A DNA stretch of 64,000 nucleotides from Acidimicrobiia bacterium (GCA_009694375.1 SHVB01000004.1:97296-161295), one strand, 5' to 3'; numbered from the stretch's first letter, positions 38,563 to 48,126 are shown. The notes: generated by a model not told the origin, from the sequence alone. Numbers and translations are program-made.

Positions 38563-39617
38563 TCGACGTGGCGGTTATTGCCTTCGCCCAGATGCCCAAC
38601 GTTCGTGCCGAAACGGTGCGCAACGAGGTTGAGATGCTGATGCCGGTCATCGCTGACGTGCGGGCCAAGGCGGGCCTCACCCAGGCCGACATCGGCTTCA
38701 CCTGTTCGGGCTCCACCGACTATCTCTCGGGCCAGGCGTTCAGCTTTGTGTCCACCCTCGACGGGGTGGCCCCGTGGCCTCCTATTCAGGAAAGCCACGT
38801 GGAGATGGACGGGGCCTGGGCGCTGTATGAGGCCTGGGTGAAACTGCAACTAGGCGACGTGGAGACGGCCCTCGTCTACTGCTACGGCAAGTCTGCCCCG
38901 GGCCCGCTGCATGAGGTGCTGTCGCGACAACTCGATCCGTACCACGTGGCTCCCTTGTGGCCCGATGCGATCAGCCTGGCGGCCCTGCAGGCCCGGATGC
39001 TGATGGAGGCGGGCAAGGCGACGGAAGCCGACTTTGCGGAGGTGGCCTCCCGCAGTAGGCGTAACGCCCTCACGAACCCCAATGCTCAACTGGCGTGGGA
39101 TACGGCGGCGGCGGATCTGCTGGCGGAGCCGTGCCTCGTAGACCCTCTTCGCCGTAGCGACTGCCCACCGATCACCGATGGTGCCTGTGCGGTGATTCTC
39201 GCTTCGGGGGATCGGGCTCGTGCCCTGCGCCAACGACCGGCCTGGATTCGCGGCATCGACCATCGCATCGAGCCCATGGCGCTGGGGCTGCGCGATCTCA
39301 CGGTGTCCCACTCCACTCGCACCGCGGCCGAGCGGGCCGGGGTGGGCAACGCTCCGGTGGACGTGGCGGAGTTGCATGCTCCCTTCGCCCCGCAGGAACT
39401 GATCCTGCGGGAGTCGCTGGGGTTATCCGATCACGCCAACGTGAACCCCTCCGGCGGCCCACTGGCCGCCAACCCGGTGATGGTGGCTGGCCTCACCCGT
39501 ATTGGGGAGGTGGCGCAGCGCATCATGGATGGCACCGCCACTCGTGGGGTGGCCCACGCCACCTCGGGCCCCTGCCTCCAGCAGAATCTGGTCGCCGTGC
39601 TCGAAGGGGAGGACTGA
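38556..39617 (+). CDS. thiolase-superfamily (SCP-x/Ltp-like) protein lacking canonical catalytic Cys/His
   Basis: GTG 38556 or 38559 overlaps the DUF35 stop. Thiolase-like layout. The nucleophile position reads EMDGAWAL, and NPSGGPLAANP replaces the GHP motif. Confidence 0.75.
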   Translation: MVIDVAVIAFAQMPNVRAETVRNEVEMLMPVIADVRAKAGLTQADIGFTCSGSTDYLSGQAFSFVSTLDGVAPWPPIQESHVEMDGAWALYEAWVKLQLGDVETALVYCYGKSAPGPLHEVLSRQLDPYHVAPLWPDAISLAALQARMLMEAGKATEADFAEVASRSRRNALTNPNAQLAWDTAAADLLAEPCLVDPLRRSDCPPITDGACAVILASGDRARALRQRPAWIRGIDHRIEPMALGLRDLTVSHSTRTAAERAGVGNAPVDVAELHAPFAPQELILRESLGLSDHANVNPSGGPLAANPVMVAGLTRIGEVAQRIMDGTATRGVAHATSGPCLQQNLVAVLEGED

Positions 39618-39622
39618 CCCGC

Positions 39623-40783
39623 ATGCCCAAGGAACTTGTGGCCGTGGTGGGGGTGGGCCAGACGAAGCACCAGGCCACCCGCGGTGATGTATCCATGGCC
39701 GGCCTCGTGCGGGAGGCGGCCGCTCGAGCTCTGGCCGACGCCGAGATGACCTGGTCAGACATCGACGCCGTGGTGGTGGGCAAGGCCCCCGATTTCTTCG
39801 AGGGGGTGATGATGCCGGAGTTGTATCTGGCCGATGCCCTGGGGGCCACCGGCAAGCCGCTTTTCCGGGTGCACACCGCCGGGTCGGTGGGCGGGTCCAC
39901 GGCGATCGTGGCGGCACAGTTGGTGCAGGCGGGTATCCACCAACGAGTGCTCACGGTGGCCTTCGAGAAACAGAGCGAGAGCGAGGCGATGTGGGCGTTG
40001 TCGATGCCCATTCCGTTCCAACCGCCGCTGCACGCCGGCGCGGGGGGTTACTTCGCGCCGCACATTCGCTCCTACATGGCTCGCTCGAATGCCCCGGACC
40101 ACATCGGAATCCTCGTGGCCCTGAAGGATCGCCTCAATGCGCTCAAAAACCCCTACGCCCATCTTCACGAGCCCGACATAAGTTTCGACTCCATCAAGGA
40201 CTCGATGATGCTGTGGGATCCGATCCGGTACGCCGAGACGTGTCCTAGTTCCGATGGGGCCTGCGCGATGGTGTTGGCCAGCGAAGCCGTGGCCGACCGG
40301 TCCACCAAGCCCGTGGCTTGGGTGAAGGGCACGGCCATGCGATCCGAACCCACAATGTCGGCCGATCGCGATCCGGTCTTGCCCCGGGGCGGGAGCGACT
40401 GCGCCGCTGACGTGTACAAGCAGGCGGGGATTACTGATCCTCGCCGCCAGGTGGACTGCGTGGAGATGTATGTGCCCTTCTCCTGGTTCGAGCCGATGTG
40501 GCTAGAGAACCTGCACTTCGCCCCGAGTGGCGAGGGCTGGAAATACGTTGAAGATGGCGTCACTGGTCTCAACGGAGACCTCCCGGTGAACATGTCCGGC
40601 GGGGTGCTGTCGTCGAATCCGATTGGGGCGTCGGGCATGCTGCGCTTCGCCGAGGTGGCGTTGCAGGTACGGGGGATGGCGGGTGACCATCAGGTCCCCG
40701 ACGCCCGCACCGCCGTCGGCCATGCCTACGGTGGAGGTTCGCAGTTCTTTTCGATGTGGGTGGTCGGGGCCGATAAGCCATGA
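39623..40783 (+). CDS. thiolase-superfamily lipid-transfer-protein (Ltp)-like protein, non-canonical active site
   Basis: N-terminus VAVVGVGQTKH. The nucleophile region reads HTAGSVGGSTAI (no Cys). NMSGGVLSSNPIGASG has no His. GHAYGGGS has Tyr where thiolases have Cys. Confidence 0.8.
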   Translation: MPKELVAVVGVGQTKHQATRGDVSMAGLVREAAARALADAEMTWSDIDAVVVGKAPDFFEGVMMPELYLADALGATGKPLFRVHTAGSVGGSTAIVAAQLVQAGIHQRVLTVAFEKQSESEAMWALSMPIPFQPPLHAGAGGYFAPHIRSYMARSNAPDHIGILVALKDRLNALKNPYAHLHEPDISFDSIKDSMMLWDPIRYAETCPSSDGACAMVLASEAVADRSTKPVAWVKGTAMRSEPTMSADRDPVLPRGGSDCAADVYKQAGITDPRRQVDCVEMYVPFSWFEPMWLENLHFAPSGEGWKYVEDGVTGLNGDLPVNMSGGVLSSNPIGASGMLRFAEVALQVRGMAGDHQVPDARTAVGHAYGGGSQFFSMWVVGADKP

Positions 40784-41541
40784 CGGGCCGACTGGAAGGC
40801 AAGGTAGCGATCATCACCGGGGCGGCCCGGGGTCAGGGTGAGGCCGAGGCGCGTCACGCGGTGGCCGAAGGGGCGTCGGTGCTGCTCACCGATGTGTTGG
40901 ACGCCGAGGGGGAGGCCGTGGCCGCCGACCTTGGCGCGGCGGCCGCCTACCGCCACCTCGACGTGACCTCGGAAGAGGAGTGGATCGCCGCGGTGGCCGA
41001 CGCCGAGGAACGCTTCGGGCCGGTGACGGTGTTGGTGAACAACGCCGGGATCTTGGATTTCGGCTCCATCGAATACCAAGACGTCGAGAAGTTCCGTCGG
41101 GTGATCGATGTGAATCTCATGGGCACGATGATCGGCATGAAGTCGGTTACGCCGTCGATGCGTCGGGCGGGCGGCGGCTCCATCATCAACATTTCGAGTA
41201 ACGGCGGGATCATGGGGCTGCCCGCCCTCGGTGCCTACGTATCGAGCAAGTGGGCTGTGCGCGGATTGTCCAAAACTGCCGCTATGGACCTCGGCAAGCG
41301 CGGCATCCGGGTGAACTCGTTGCATCCCGGTGGGGTGGATACGCCCATGACTCGCCTGCCGGGCCAGGAGCCCAATGAGACTTTGTTTGCCAAGAGCCTG
41401 CCGATGGGTCGTTTCGGCCACGTCGACGAGATCGCCAAGGTGGTGGTCTTCCTGGCCTCGGACGAAGCGAGTTATGTCACCGGCGCCGAATGGTCTGTCG
41501 ACGGCGGCGCCACGGCGGGCGACCGCAGCCTCCTCGGCTAG
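40780..41541 (+). CDS. SDR, 3-alpha(or 20-beta)-hydroxysteroid dehydrogenase FabG3-like
   Basis: TGAARGQG cofactor motif, NNAG, and YxxxK in YVSSKWAV. Overall strongly resembles M. tuberculosis FabG3 as remembered. Confidence 0.85.
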   Translation: MTGRLEGKVAIITGAARGQGEAEARHAVAEGASVLLTDVLDAEGEAVAADLGAAAAYRHLDVTSEEEWIAAVADAEERFGPVTVLVNNAGILDFGSIEYQDVEKFRRVIDVNLMGTMIGMKSVTPSMRRAGGGSIINISSNGGIMGLPALGAYVSSKWAVRGLSKTAAMDLGKRGIRVNSLHPGGVDTPMTRLPGQEPNETLFAKSLPMGRFGHVDEIAKVVVFLASDEASYVTGAEWSVDGGATAGDRSLLG

Positions 41542-41547
41542 CAGTTC

Positions 41548-41572
41548 GGCCCCCCGCCGGAGGTGGGGGGCC
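41548..41572. terminator. GC hairpin between convergent SDR and Rieske genes
   Basis: GGCCCCCC-GCCGGAGGT-GGGGGGCC, a perfect 8-bp stem. Confidence 0.6.
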
Positions 41573-41586
41573 GTGGTGGCGGGCGG

Positions 41587-42651
41587 TCAGCCACCACCGA
41601 GGCGGGCACTGGCGGTGGCCTTGGCGGGGGCCTCGTCGGCGCGCTCGGGCCACCACGGCGGGGCGAATACCGTGCGTTCGTCGCTGATGCCCTCGGCATA
41701 GAACTGGGCGGCCCACTTGCGGAACTTCATGAACGGTCCGTCGTTGTCGGCCAGGGCCGGGCGCACCAAATGGGCCTTGTGTTCCCAGATCGGCTTGTCT
41801 TCCAGGAACTGCTTGTTCACTTCGCGCACGAAGGCCTGACCCACGTTTTGGGTGGTCTCTTCGTCGCCCATTGTCTTGAAACGGAAGTTGAAGCGGGTGA
41901 TGCAGCGGTTGGCGGTGATGGGGGTGGTGGCGGCCAGGCTCACGGTGTCCACGATCCCGCCGAATCGCACGATGGCCAGCCCCGGACCCACCTGCTCAGA
42001 GTCGATGCGGCCCTCCATCACCCCTCGGGGAGTCACGAACTTCTGGACCGACTTCATTATGGTGCCCGGGAAACCGGTCTCGTAACTCACCAACTCCGGT
42101 ACATCCGCGGTGTTGTGGACAAAGCGGAAATGGGCAGAGTCCACGCCGTTTTCGGCCATTTCCTGCCAGGGCGCCTCCACGGTGTGTTCGGTGCGAATGA
42201 CGGTGGACCACTCCGGATCACCGTGAAACTCCGAGAGGGGGGGAATCTCCCACATCGGCTCCACCGCGGCATCGGGGTGATACCAGACGAGGCTCACACC
42301 GTTCACTTCGATCACCGGGAAGGTGCGCAGCGTGTCCCTCTTGTTCACGCGTTCGGAGTAGGGGATGGTGGTGTTGGTGCCGGTGGCGTCGAAGGTCCAT
42401 CCGTGGAAGGGGCACCTGATCTCGCATCCCTCCACCGAGCCACCGTGGCCGAGATGAGCCCCGAGGTGGGGGCAGAACGGATCCTGCACGTGGAGCTCCC
42501 CGGTTTCATCTCGCCAGGCCACCAAGTGCCTATCGAAGTAGAAGATGGCGCGGGGTAGGGCGAGAGGAAAGTCTTCGGGGTAGCCGATGCAGAACCATCC
42601 GAAGGGAACCGGGAACGGGGAACGCGCGGGGGTTTCCACGGCGAGGGTCAT
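41587..42651 (-). CDS. Rieske [2Fe-2S] non-heme-iron oxygenase, KshA-like
   Basis: ATG 42651. Rieske motif CPHLGAHL..x..CPFHGW. Mononuclear iron motif NGVDSAHFRFVHN. Confidence 0.85.
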   Translation of the reverse strand: MTLAVETPARSPFPVPFGWFCIGYPEDFPLALPRAIFYFDRHLVAWRDETGELHVQDPFCPHLGAHLGHGGSVEGCEIRCPFHGWTFDATGTNTTIPYSERVNKRDTLRTFPVIEVNGVSLVWYHPDAAVEPMWEIPPLSEFHGDPEWSTVIRTEHTVEAPWQEMAENGVDSAHFRFVHNTADVPELVSYETGFPGTIMKSVQKFVTPRGVMEGRIDSEQVGPGLAIVRFGGIVDTVSLAATTPITANRCITRFNFRFKTMGDEETTQNVGQAFVREVNKQFLEDKPIWEHKAHLVRPALADNDGPFMKFRKWAAQFYAEGISDERTVFAPPWWPERADEAPAKATASARLGGG

Positions 42652-43529
42652 GACGTCTCCAGGTTGAATACCCGCACGGCGTTGTGGCGGAGGAACTTCG
42701 GCCACACGTCATCCTTGAGCGGCACGTGGGGAAGTTCGGAGAAGATGCGCTCGAGGGATAGGCCCATGGGGAAGTACCCGGCGTACATCACCTTGTCGGC
42801 ACCGCGACTGTTGGCGAAGTCGATGATGGTCGGCGGGTAGTAGCGAGGGGCGAAGGCCGAGGTGGAGTAGTAGAGATTCGGCCATTTGAGCATCAACTTC
42901 ACCGCCAGGGCGTCCCAAGGTTCGGCGCCGTGGCGCATCACGATCTTGAGTTCGGGGAAGAACCAGCACACCTCATCAAGCAACTCGGTTTTCTGGCAGA
43001 GCATGGGCACCCGCGGTCCGGGCACGCCGGTGGTGATGCAGATGGGGATGTCGAGTTCGATGCACTTGGCGTAGATCGGGTAGAAGCGCTTGTCGTTGAT
43101 GGGGACCTGCGGGGTCATGCCGGCGGGGAACGCACTGGCCGCTTTGATGCCGAGAGTTTCGTAGGCCTTGACGAGATCGCGTACGGCCTGCATCCCAAGG
43201 TTGGGGTTCACCTCATAGGAGGCAAAGAACCGGTCCGGGTGTTCGGTGACCGCCCGGGTGGAAGAGGCTCGGGCAAAACTTACGCCGAGCATCGCCCGGT
43301 CGATCCCGAAGTGGTCCATCTCGCCGAGGACCACCGCCACGGGATCGGCGTCGGCATCCATGTCTTGGGGGACGTCTTTGAACATGTATTGCGCCGGGAA
43401 CTCCATGGCCTTGGATTCGTCGTCCATCAGGCCGGCACGCAGAAACCCGTACCACTCCTTTTTGGAACCTTCGGGAATGCCCAGCATCAGGTCGATGACG
43501 CCAACGTCGGAAGGAAAACCCATACCCAT
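42648..43529 (-). CDS. amidohydrolase-2 (ACMSD/LigW-type TIM-barrel) family protein, atypical
   Basis: Start ATG 43529 or 43523. Its stop overlaps the Rieske start (ATGA). Family-like layout, but the N-terminal HxH is replaced (VIDLMLGIP). Confidence 0.75.
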   Translation of the reverse strand: MGMGFPSDVGVIDLMLGIPEGSKKEWYGFLRAGLMDDESKAMEFPAQYMFKDVPQDMDADADPVAVVLGEMDHFGIDRAMLGVSFARASSTRAVTEHPDRFFASYEVNPNLGMQAVRDLVKAYETLGIKAASAFPAGMTPQVPINDKRFYPIYAKCIELDIPICITTGVPGPRVPMLCQKTELLDEVCWFFPELKIVMRHGAEPWDALAVKLMLKWPNLYYSTSAFAPRYYPPTIIDFANSRGADKVMYAGYFPMGLSLERIFSELPHVPLKDDVWPKFLRHNAVRVFNLETS

Positions 43530-43560
43530 CAGACTAGAACAGGTTCTAGTCTGATGGGTA
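43523..43560. promoter_or_regulatory. 38-bp palindrome containing a KstR-type operator core
   Basis: TACCCATCAGACTAGAAC-AG-GTTCTAGTCTGATGGGTA, with perfect 18-nt arms. The core 43535-43548 (TAGAACAGGTTCTA) fits TnnAACnnGTTnnA. Lies between divergent genes. Confidence 0.75.
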
Positions 43561-43581
43561 TCCGGACTACGGTGGTGTCCT

Positions 43582-44610
43582 ATGGACCTCGGACTGATCA
43601 TCGGATATTGGCCCTCCTCCGGCCCCCCGCCCGACGCCGCCGAGCAGGTCGCCGCGGCCGAGCGACTCGGCTTCAAGAGTGTCTGGATGTCCGAGGCCTA
43701 CGGCTCGGATTGTTTCACGCCCTTGGCCTGGTGGGGGAGTGCCACCGAGCGCGTGGAGTTGGGCACGGCCATCACCCAGATCTCTGCTCGCACGCCGGCA
43801 TCCACGGCCATGACCGCCATCACCATGGATCACCTCACCGGAGGCCGATTCATTCTGGGGTTGGGAGTGAGCGGCCCGCAGGTGGTGGAGGGGTGGTACG
43901 CCCAGGAGTACGCCAAGCCCTTGGCCCGCACCCGGGAGTACGTCGAGATCATTCGGGCCATCCTCAAGCGCGATAAGCCCGTTGAGTACGTGGGCGACCA
44001 CTACCAGATGCCGCTGGTAGGGGGTACCGGTTTCGGTAAGCCCCTCAAGTCGATTGTGCGCCCGCTGCGTACCGACATTCCGATTTATCTGGGTGCGGAA
44101 GGTCCGAAGAACGTTGCGCTGGCGGCCGAGATTTGTGACGGGTGGCTTCCGATGTTCTTCTCGCCGAAGGCCGATGGGTTCTACCGGGAGGCACTGGCGG
44201 AGGGATTCGCCCGGCCCGGGGCCCGGCAGGGCGCGGAGACCTTCGAGGTGGCCTGTGTGGTGCCCACCATCTTGGGTGACGACGTGGAAGCCTGCGCCGA
44301 TCTCCTGCGCCCCACCCTGGCGCTCTATGTGGGCGGCATGGGGGCCAAGGACCGCAACTTCCACCGCGATGTGTTCGTCCGCCTCGGCTACGAGGCCGAG
44401 TGCGACAAGATCCAGGAGGCCTACCTCGACGGCCGCAAGGCCGAAGCCGCCGGTTACGTGCCCACGGCCATGGTGGAAGATGTTTATCTGATCGGCCCCA
44501 AGGAGAAGGTACGGGACGACCTGGAGGCCTGGAACGAAAGCTGCGTCACGCAGTTGCTCGTGAGCGGGCCCCCGTTCATGTTGGAGGAGATCGCCGAACT
44601 GGTCCTCTAG
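43582..44610 (+). CDS. luciferase-like (LLM-class, probably F420-dependent) oxidoreductase
   Basis: LLM N-terminus GLIIGYW..AERLGFKSVWMSEAYGSD and overall TIM-barrel LLM pattern. Confidence 0.85.
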   Translation: MDLGLIIGYWPSSGPPPDAAEQVAAAERLGFKSVWMSEAYGSDCFTPLAWWGSATERVELGTAITQISARTPASTAMTAITMDHLTGGRFILGLGVSGPQVVEGWYAQEYAKPLARTREYVEIIRAILKRDKPVEYVGDHYQMPLVGGTGFGKPLKSIVRPLRTDIPIYLGAEGPKNVALAAEICDGWLPMFFSPKADGFYREALAEGFARPGARQGAETFEVACVVPTILGDDVEACADLLRPTLALYVGGMGAKDRNFHRDVFVRLGYEAECDKIQEAYLDGRKAEAAGYVPTAMVEDVYLIGPKEKVRDDLEAWNESCVTQLLVSGPPFMLEEIAELVL

Positions 44611-44996
44611 TTTTGGTCTTGGTACACCCGGCGGGCCCAGCGGATCATGGGGATTTGGAGCGGCAGGCGGGCCCAGGCGGCGCCGGCTGAGTTGAAGGGC
44701 GCGGGCGCGTCAGCGATACCTCCGCTGATGGCGGACTGGAGGTTCGCCGGGTACACCCCGATGAAGGTCAGCAAGCACACGATAGCCCCCAGTTTCCGGG
44801 TGCTCCGGTTGGCCACCAAGAGGGCACCGGCTACCTCGATGCCCCCGCTCACCAAGGTGACGGTGCGCTTGGACCCCGGCATCCAGTCCGGCACGATGAC
44901 ATCGAAGAATTCGGGTCGTACGAAGTGCATCACGCCCGCCGTGCCCAGAAACGCCGCTAGTCCCAGTGCTCGTTGCTCATCAGAGGCCATTGGCAC
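44607..44996 (-). CDS. DoxX-family membrane protein
   Basis: 129 aa, four hydrophobic helices, DoxX-like N-terminus (GTAGVMHFVRPEFF). The stop codon overlaps the convergent LLM stop. Confidence 0.7.
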   Translation of the reverse strand: MPMASDEQRALGLAAFLGTAGVMHFVRPEFFDVIVPDWMPGSKRTVTLVSGGIEVAGALLVANRSTRKLGAIVCLLTFIGVYPANLQSAISGGIADAPAPFNSAGAAWARLPLQIPMIRWARRVYQDQN

Positions 44997-45047
44997 AGGA
45001 TAGGCGGCGGGGATGGGGTCCCCAACCGGCCCACGGGCCCGATGGTG

Positions 45048-47885
45048 TCAGGTCTCATACGCCTCGGGTGGGGGACACGCACAGATGAGGTTGCGGTCGC
45101 CATGGCCGCCGTCGATGCGGCTCACCGGCGGCCAATACTTCCCGTGGCGAAGGGAGGGAAGCGGGTAGGCCGCTTGCTCCCGACTGTAGGGACGGTCCCA
45201 CTCCGCCACGAGAATGTCCGCTGCCGTGTGGGGGGCCTGGGCCAAGGCACTGGTGGCGTGGGGCACTTCACCTCGTTCGATGGCGGCGATCTCTTCCCGG
45301 ATGGTGAGCATGGCCTCAATGAAACGGTCGAGTTCGGGCAGCGACTCGGATTCGGTGGGTTCCACCATGAACGTGCCCGCCACGGGGAAACTCATGGTGG
45401 GGGCGTGGAACCCGAAGTCGATGAGCCGTTTGGCTATGTCGTCCACGGTGACCCCGGTGGCCGCCGTGATGGGGCGGAGGTCGAGGATGCACTCATGGGC
45501 CACCCGCTGGTGGTCGCCGGTGTAGAGCACGGGGTACGCAGCATTGAGGCGATCCGCCACATAGTTGGCGTTCAAGATCGCCAACTCGGTGGCCTGACGG
45601 AGCCCGTCGGGTCCCATGAGCGCAATGAAGGCCCACGAGACCGGCAGGATCGATGCCGACCCATAGGGCGCGCCGGAGATGGCCCCGGGGCCCGTCGCCG
45701 GGCCCGCTTCGGCCAGGAGGGGGTGGTTGGGTAGGAACGGGGCCAGGTGGGCTCGCACCGCCACCGGGCCCACCCCGGGTCCGCCGCCACCGTGGGGGAT
45801 GCAGAAGGTTTTGTGGAGATTCAGATGGCTCACGTCACCGCCGAACCAGCCTGGTCGGGCTACCCCAACGAGGGCGTTGAGGTTGGCGCCGTCGATGTAC
45901 ACCTGTCCGCCGTGACGGTGCACCAGGTCGCAGAGGTCGGTGATCCGTTCCTCGAACACGCCGTGGGTGGAGGGGTAGGTGACCATGAGCGCGGCGAGGT
46001 CGCTGGCGTGCTCCTCCACCTTGGCCTCGAGGTCGGCGACATCAACATTGCCGTCGTCGTCGCAGGCCACTACGACCACTCGCATCCCTGCCATTACTGC
46101 CGAGGCGGCGTTGGTGCCGTGGGCTGAGGAGGGAATGAGGCAGACGTTGCGGGCGGCTTCCCCGCGGGAGGCGTGGTAGCCACGGATGGCGAGGAGACCG
46201 GCCAACTCGCCCTGCGATCCGGCATTGGGTTGGATCGACACCTTGTCGTAACCGGTGATTTCCGCCAGCCACGCCTCGAGGGTGGTGATGAGTTCTCGAT
46301 ACCCCCGGGCTTGGTCGGTGGGGGAGAAGGGGTGGATGTTTCCGAACTCGGGCCAGGTGACTGCCGCCATCTCGGTGGTGGCGTTGAGTTTCATCGTGCA
46401 GGAGCCCAACGGGATCATGGAGCGGTCGAGAGCGATGTCCAGGTCCGACAGCGAACGCAGGTATCGCAGCATGTCGGTCTCGGAGCGGTACGTCGAGAAC
46501 ACCGGGTGGGTGAGGAACGCCGTGGTCCGCGCCAGGGCGGCGGGGATGGCACCATCGGCGTGGGCCGGTATCACCAGATGCAGGGCGGCAGCCAGGGCGG
46601 CCAGCACCTCTTCGCCGGTGGTCTCATCGAGGGAGATTCCGATGGTGTCGTCGTCGAGGCGGCGAAGGTTGAGCCCGTGAGCCAGGGCCGCCGCCAGCAG
46701 GTCGTCGGCCCGCGACGGGCACCGGAGGGTGAGCGTGTCGAAGAAGGCATCGGCGGTGAGTTCGAATCCGGCGGCGCGCAGACCCGCCGCCAGGCGAGCG
46801 GTGCGGTGGTGGACCTGCTCGGCGATGTGTCGCAGGCCTTCGGGCCCGTGGTACACCGCGAACATGGCGGCCGTCACGGCGAGCAACACCTGAGCGGTGC
46901 AGATGTTCGAGGTGGCCTTCTCTCGACGGATGTGCTGTTCGCGGGTTTGCAGCGCGAGGCGATGGGCGGGCCGACCGGCGGCGTCGACCGACACCCCCAC
47001 CAGGCGGCCGGGCATGGAGCGGCGCAGGGCGTCGCGGGTAGCGAGGAACCCGGCATGGGGTCCGCCGTAGCCGAGGGGCACACCGAAGCGTTGGGTGGAG
47101 CCGATACACACATCGGCCCCCTGCTCACCCGGTGGCGTGAGCACCGTGCAGGCCAGCAGGTCGGTGGCGACGGCCACCAGGCCTCCGCCGGCATGAACGG
47201 CGGCGATAGTGGGGGAGAGGTCGCGTACCTCCCCGTGGGTGCCGGGGTGTTGGAGCAGGGCCCCGAACACATCGGTGGCATCGAGGGTGGCGCAGTTGGC
47301 TACGACGAGTTGGATGCCGATTGGTTCCGCCCGGGCGGCGAGCACCGAAATGGTTTGGGGATGCGTCTGGTTGTCGACGAAGAATTTGGTGGAGAGATGC
47401 TTGGTGGAACGCCGAATCAGGGTCATGGCCTCGGCGGCGGCGGTGGATTCATCGAGCATCGAGGCGTTGGCGATGTCCATGCCGGTGAGATCGGTGACCA
47501 TGGTTTGGAAGTTGAGGAGGGCCTCTAGTCGGCCCTGGCTGATCTCGGGCTGATACGGCGTATAGGCCGTGTACCACGCGGGGTTCTCCAGCACGTTCCG
47601 CAGAATGACAGCGGGGGTGTGGGTGCCGTAGTAGCCCGCCCCGATGAGCGATGTGATCACGGTGTTCTGACGAGCCAATCGCCCCAGCGCGGCGAGCACC
47701 TCGGGCTCGGAGCGGGCGGCGGGCAAGGACAACGGTTGGTCGTTGCGGATGGTCTTGGGTACCGCTTGGTCGATGAGTTCACCGAGGGTGGTAACGCCGA
47801 GGGTAGCGAGCATGTGCTCGACTTCGGCCGGGCGAGGGCCGATGTGTCGATCGGCAAAGGTGATGGCTGGTTGAGGGTTCAACAA
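45048..47885 (-). CDS. gcvP: glycine dehydrogenase (decarboxylating), P protein
   Basis: 945-aa single-chain GcvP with typical motifs ([18 protein letters not shown]). TTG start 47885 with GGAG 4 nt upstream. Confidence 0.95.
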   Translation of the reverse strand: MLNPQPAITFADRHIGPRPAEVEHMLATLGVTTLGELIDQAVPKTIRNDQPLSLPAARSEPEVLAALGRLARQNTVITSLIGAGYYGTHTPAVILRNVLENPAWYTAYTPYQPEISQGRLEALLNFQTMVTDLTGMDIANASMLDESTAAAEAMTLIRRSTKHLSTKFFVDNQTHPQTISVLAARAEPIGIQLVVANCATLDATDVFGALLQHPGTHGEVRDLSPTIAAVHAGGGLVAVATDLLACTVLTPPGEQGADVCIGSTQRFGVPLGYGGPHAGFLATRDALRRSMPGRLVGVSVDAAGRPAHRLALQTREQHIRREKATSNICTAQVLLAVTAAMFAVYHGPEGLRHIAEQVHHRTARLAAGLRAAGFELTADAFFDTLTLRCPSRADDLLAAALAHGLNLRRLDDDTIGISLDETTGEEVLAALAAALHLVIPAHADGAIPAALARTTAFLTHPVFSTYRSETDMLRYLRSLSDLDIALDRSMIPLGSCTMKLNATTEMAAVTWPEFGNIHPFSPTDQARGYRELITTLEAWLAEITGYDKVSIQPNAGSQGELAGLLAIRGYHASRGEAARNVCLIPSSAHGTNAASAVMAGMRVVVVACDDDGNVDVADLEAKVEEHASDLAALMVTYPSTHGVFEERITDLCDLVHRHGGQVYIDGANLNALVGVARPGWFGGDVSHLNLHKTFCIPHGGGGPGVGPVAVRAHLAPFLPNHPLLAEAGPATGPGAISGAPYGSASILPVSWAFIALMGPDGLRQATELAILNANYVADRLNAAYPVLYTGDHQRVAHECILDLRPITAATGVTVDDIAKRLIDFGFHAPTMSFPVAGTFMVEPTESESLPELDRFIEAMLTIREEIAAIERGEVPHATSALAQAPHTAADILVAEWDRPYSREQAAYPLPSLRHGKYWPPVSRIDGGHGDRNLICACPPPEAYET

Positions 47886-47889
47886 CGGC

Positions 47890-48060
47890 TCCGAGGGTGT
47901 GGGGCGGGTGGGGTTGGTCCCCCGCTGTCACCCTGGGGGGCTTCAGCGTCGCCTCCCCCGTGCGGTCCTGGAGCCTGAGAGGTTACGGGGCGTTTGCACC
48001 TTCGGCGCCCGATCACCCGCCCTGGGGGGCACGCATCGGGACTCTCCCACACGGGTTCGT
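47890..48060 (-). promoter_or_regulatory. glycine riboswitch (one canonical aptamer plus a short second aptamer-like element)
   Basis: The minus-strand RNA reads GGGAGAG...CGCCGAAGGUGCAA...CUCUCAGGCUCCAGGAC, then GGGGGAG..CGCUGAAGCCCCC..CAGGGUGACAGCGGGGGAC, directly upstream of gcvP. Confidence 0.85.
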
Positions 48061-48126
48061 CAGCCCGCCCACCTTACCTGGGCAAGAACCCGCGGGAGCG
48101 ACCGCTGATGACTATGGTTTACGTCA

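Noticed and set aside
41563-43976. Plus-strand ORFs 41563-42558 and 42930-43976
   Set aside because: Antisense to the Rieske oxygenase and amidohydrolase genes. The second also runs straight through the 38-bp palindrome and into the LLM gene out of frame.
46173-47528. 451-aa plus-strand ORF
   Set aside because: Antisense to gcvP, whose identity is unambiguous.
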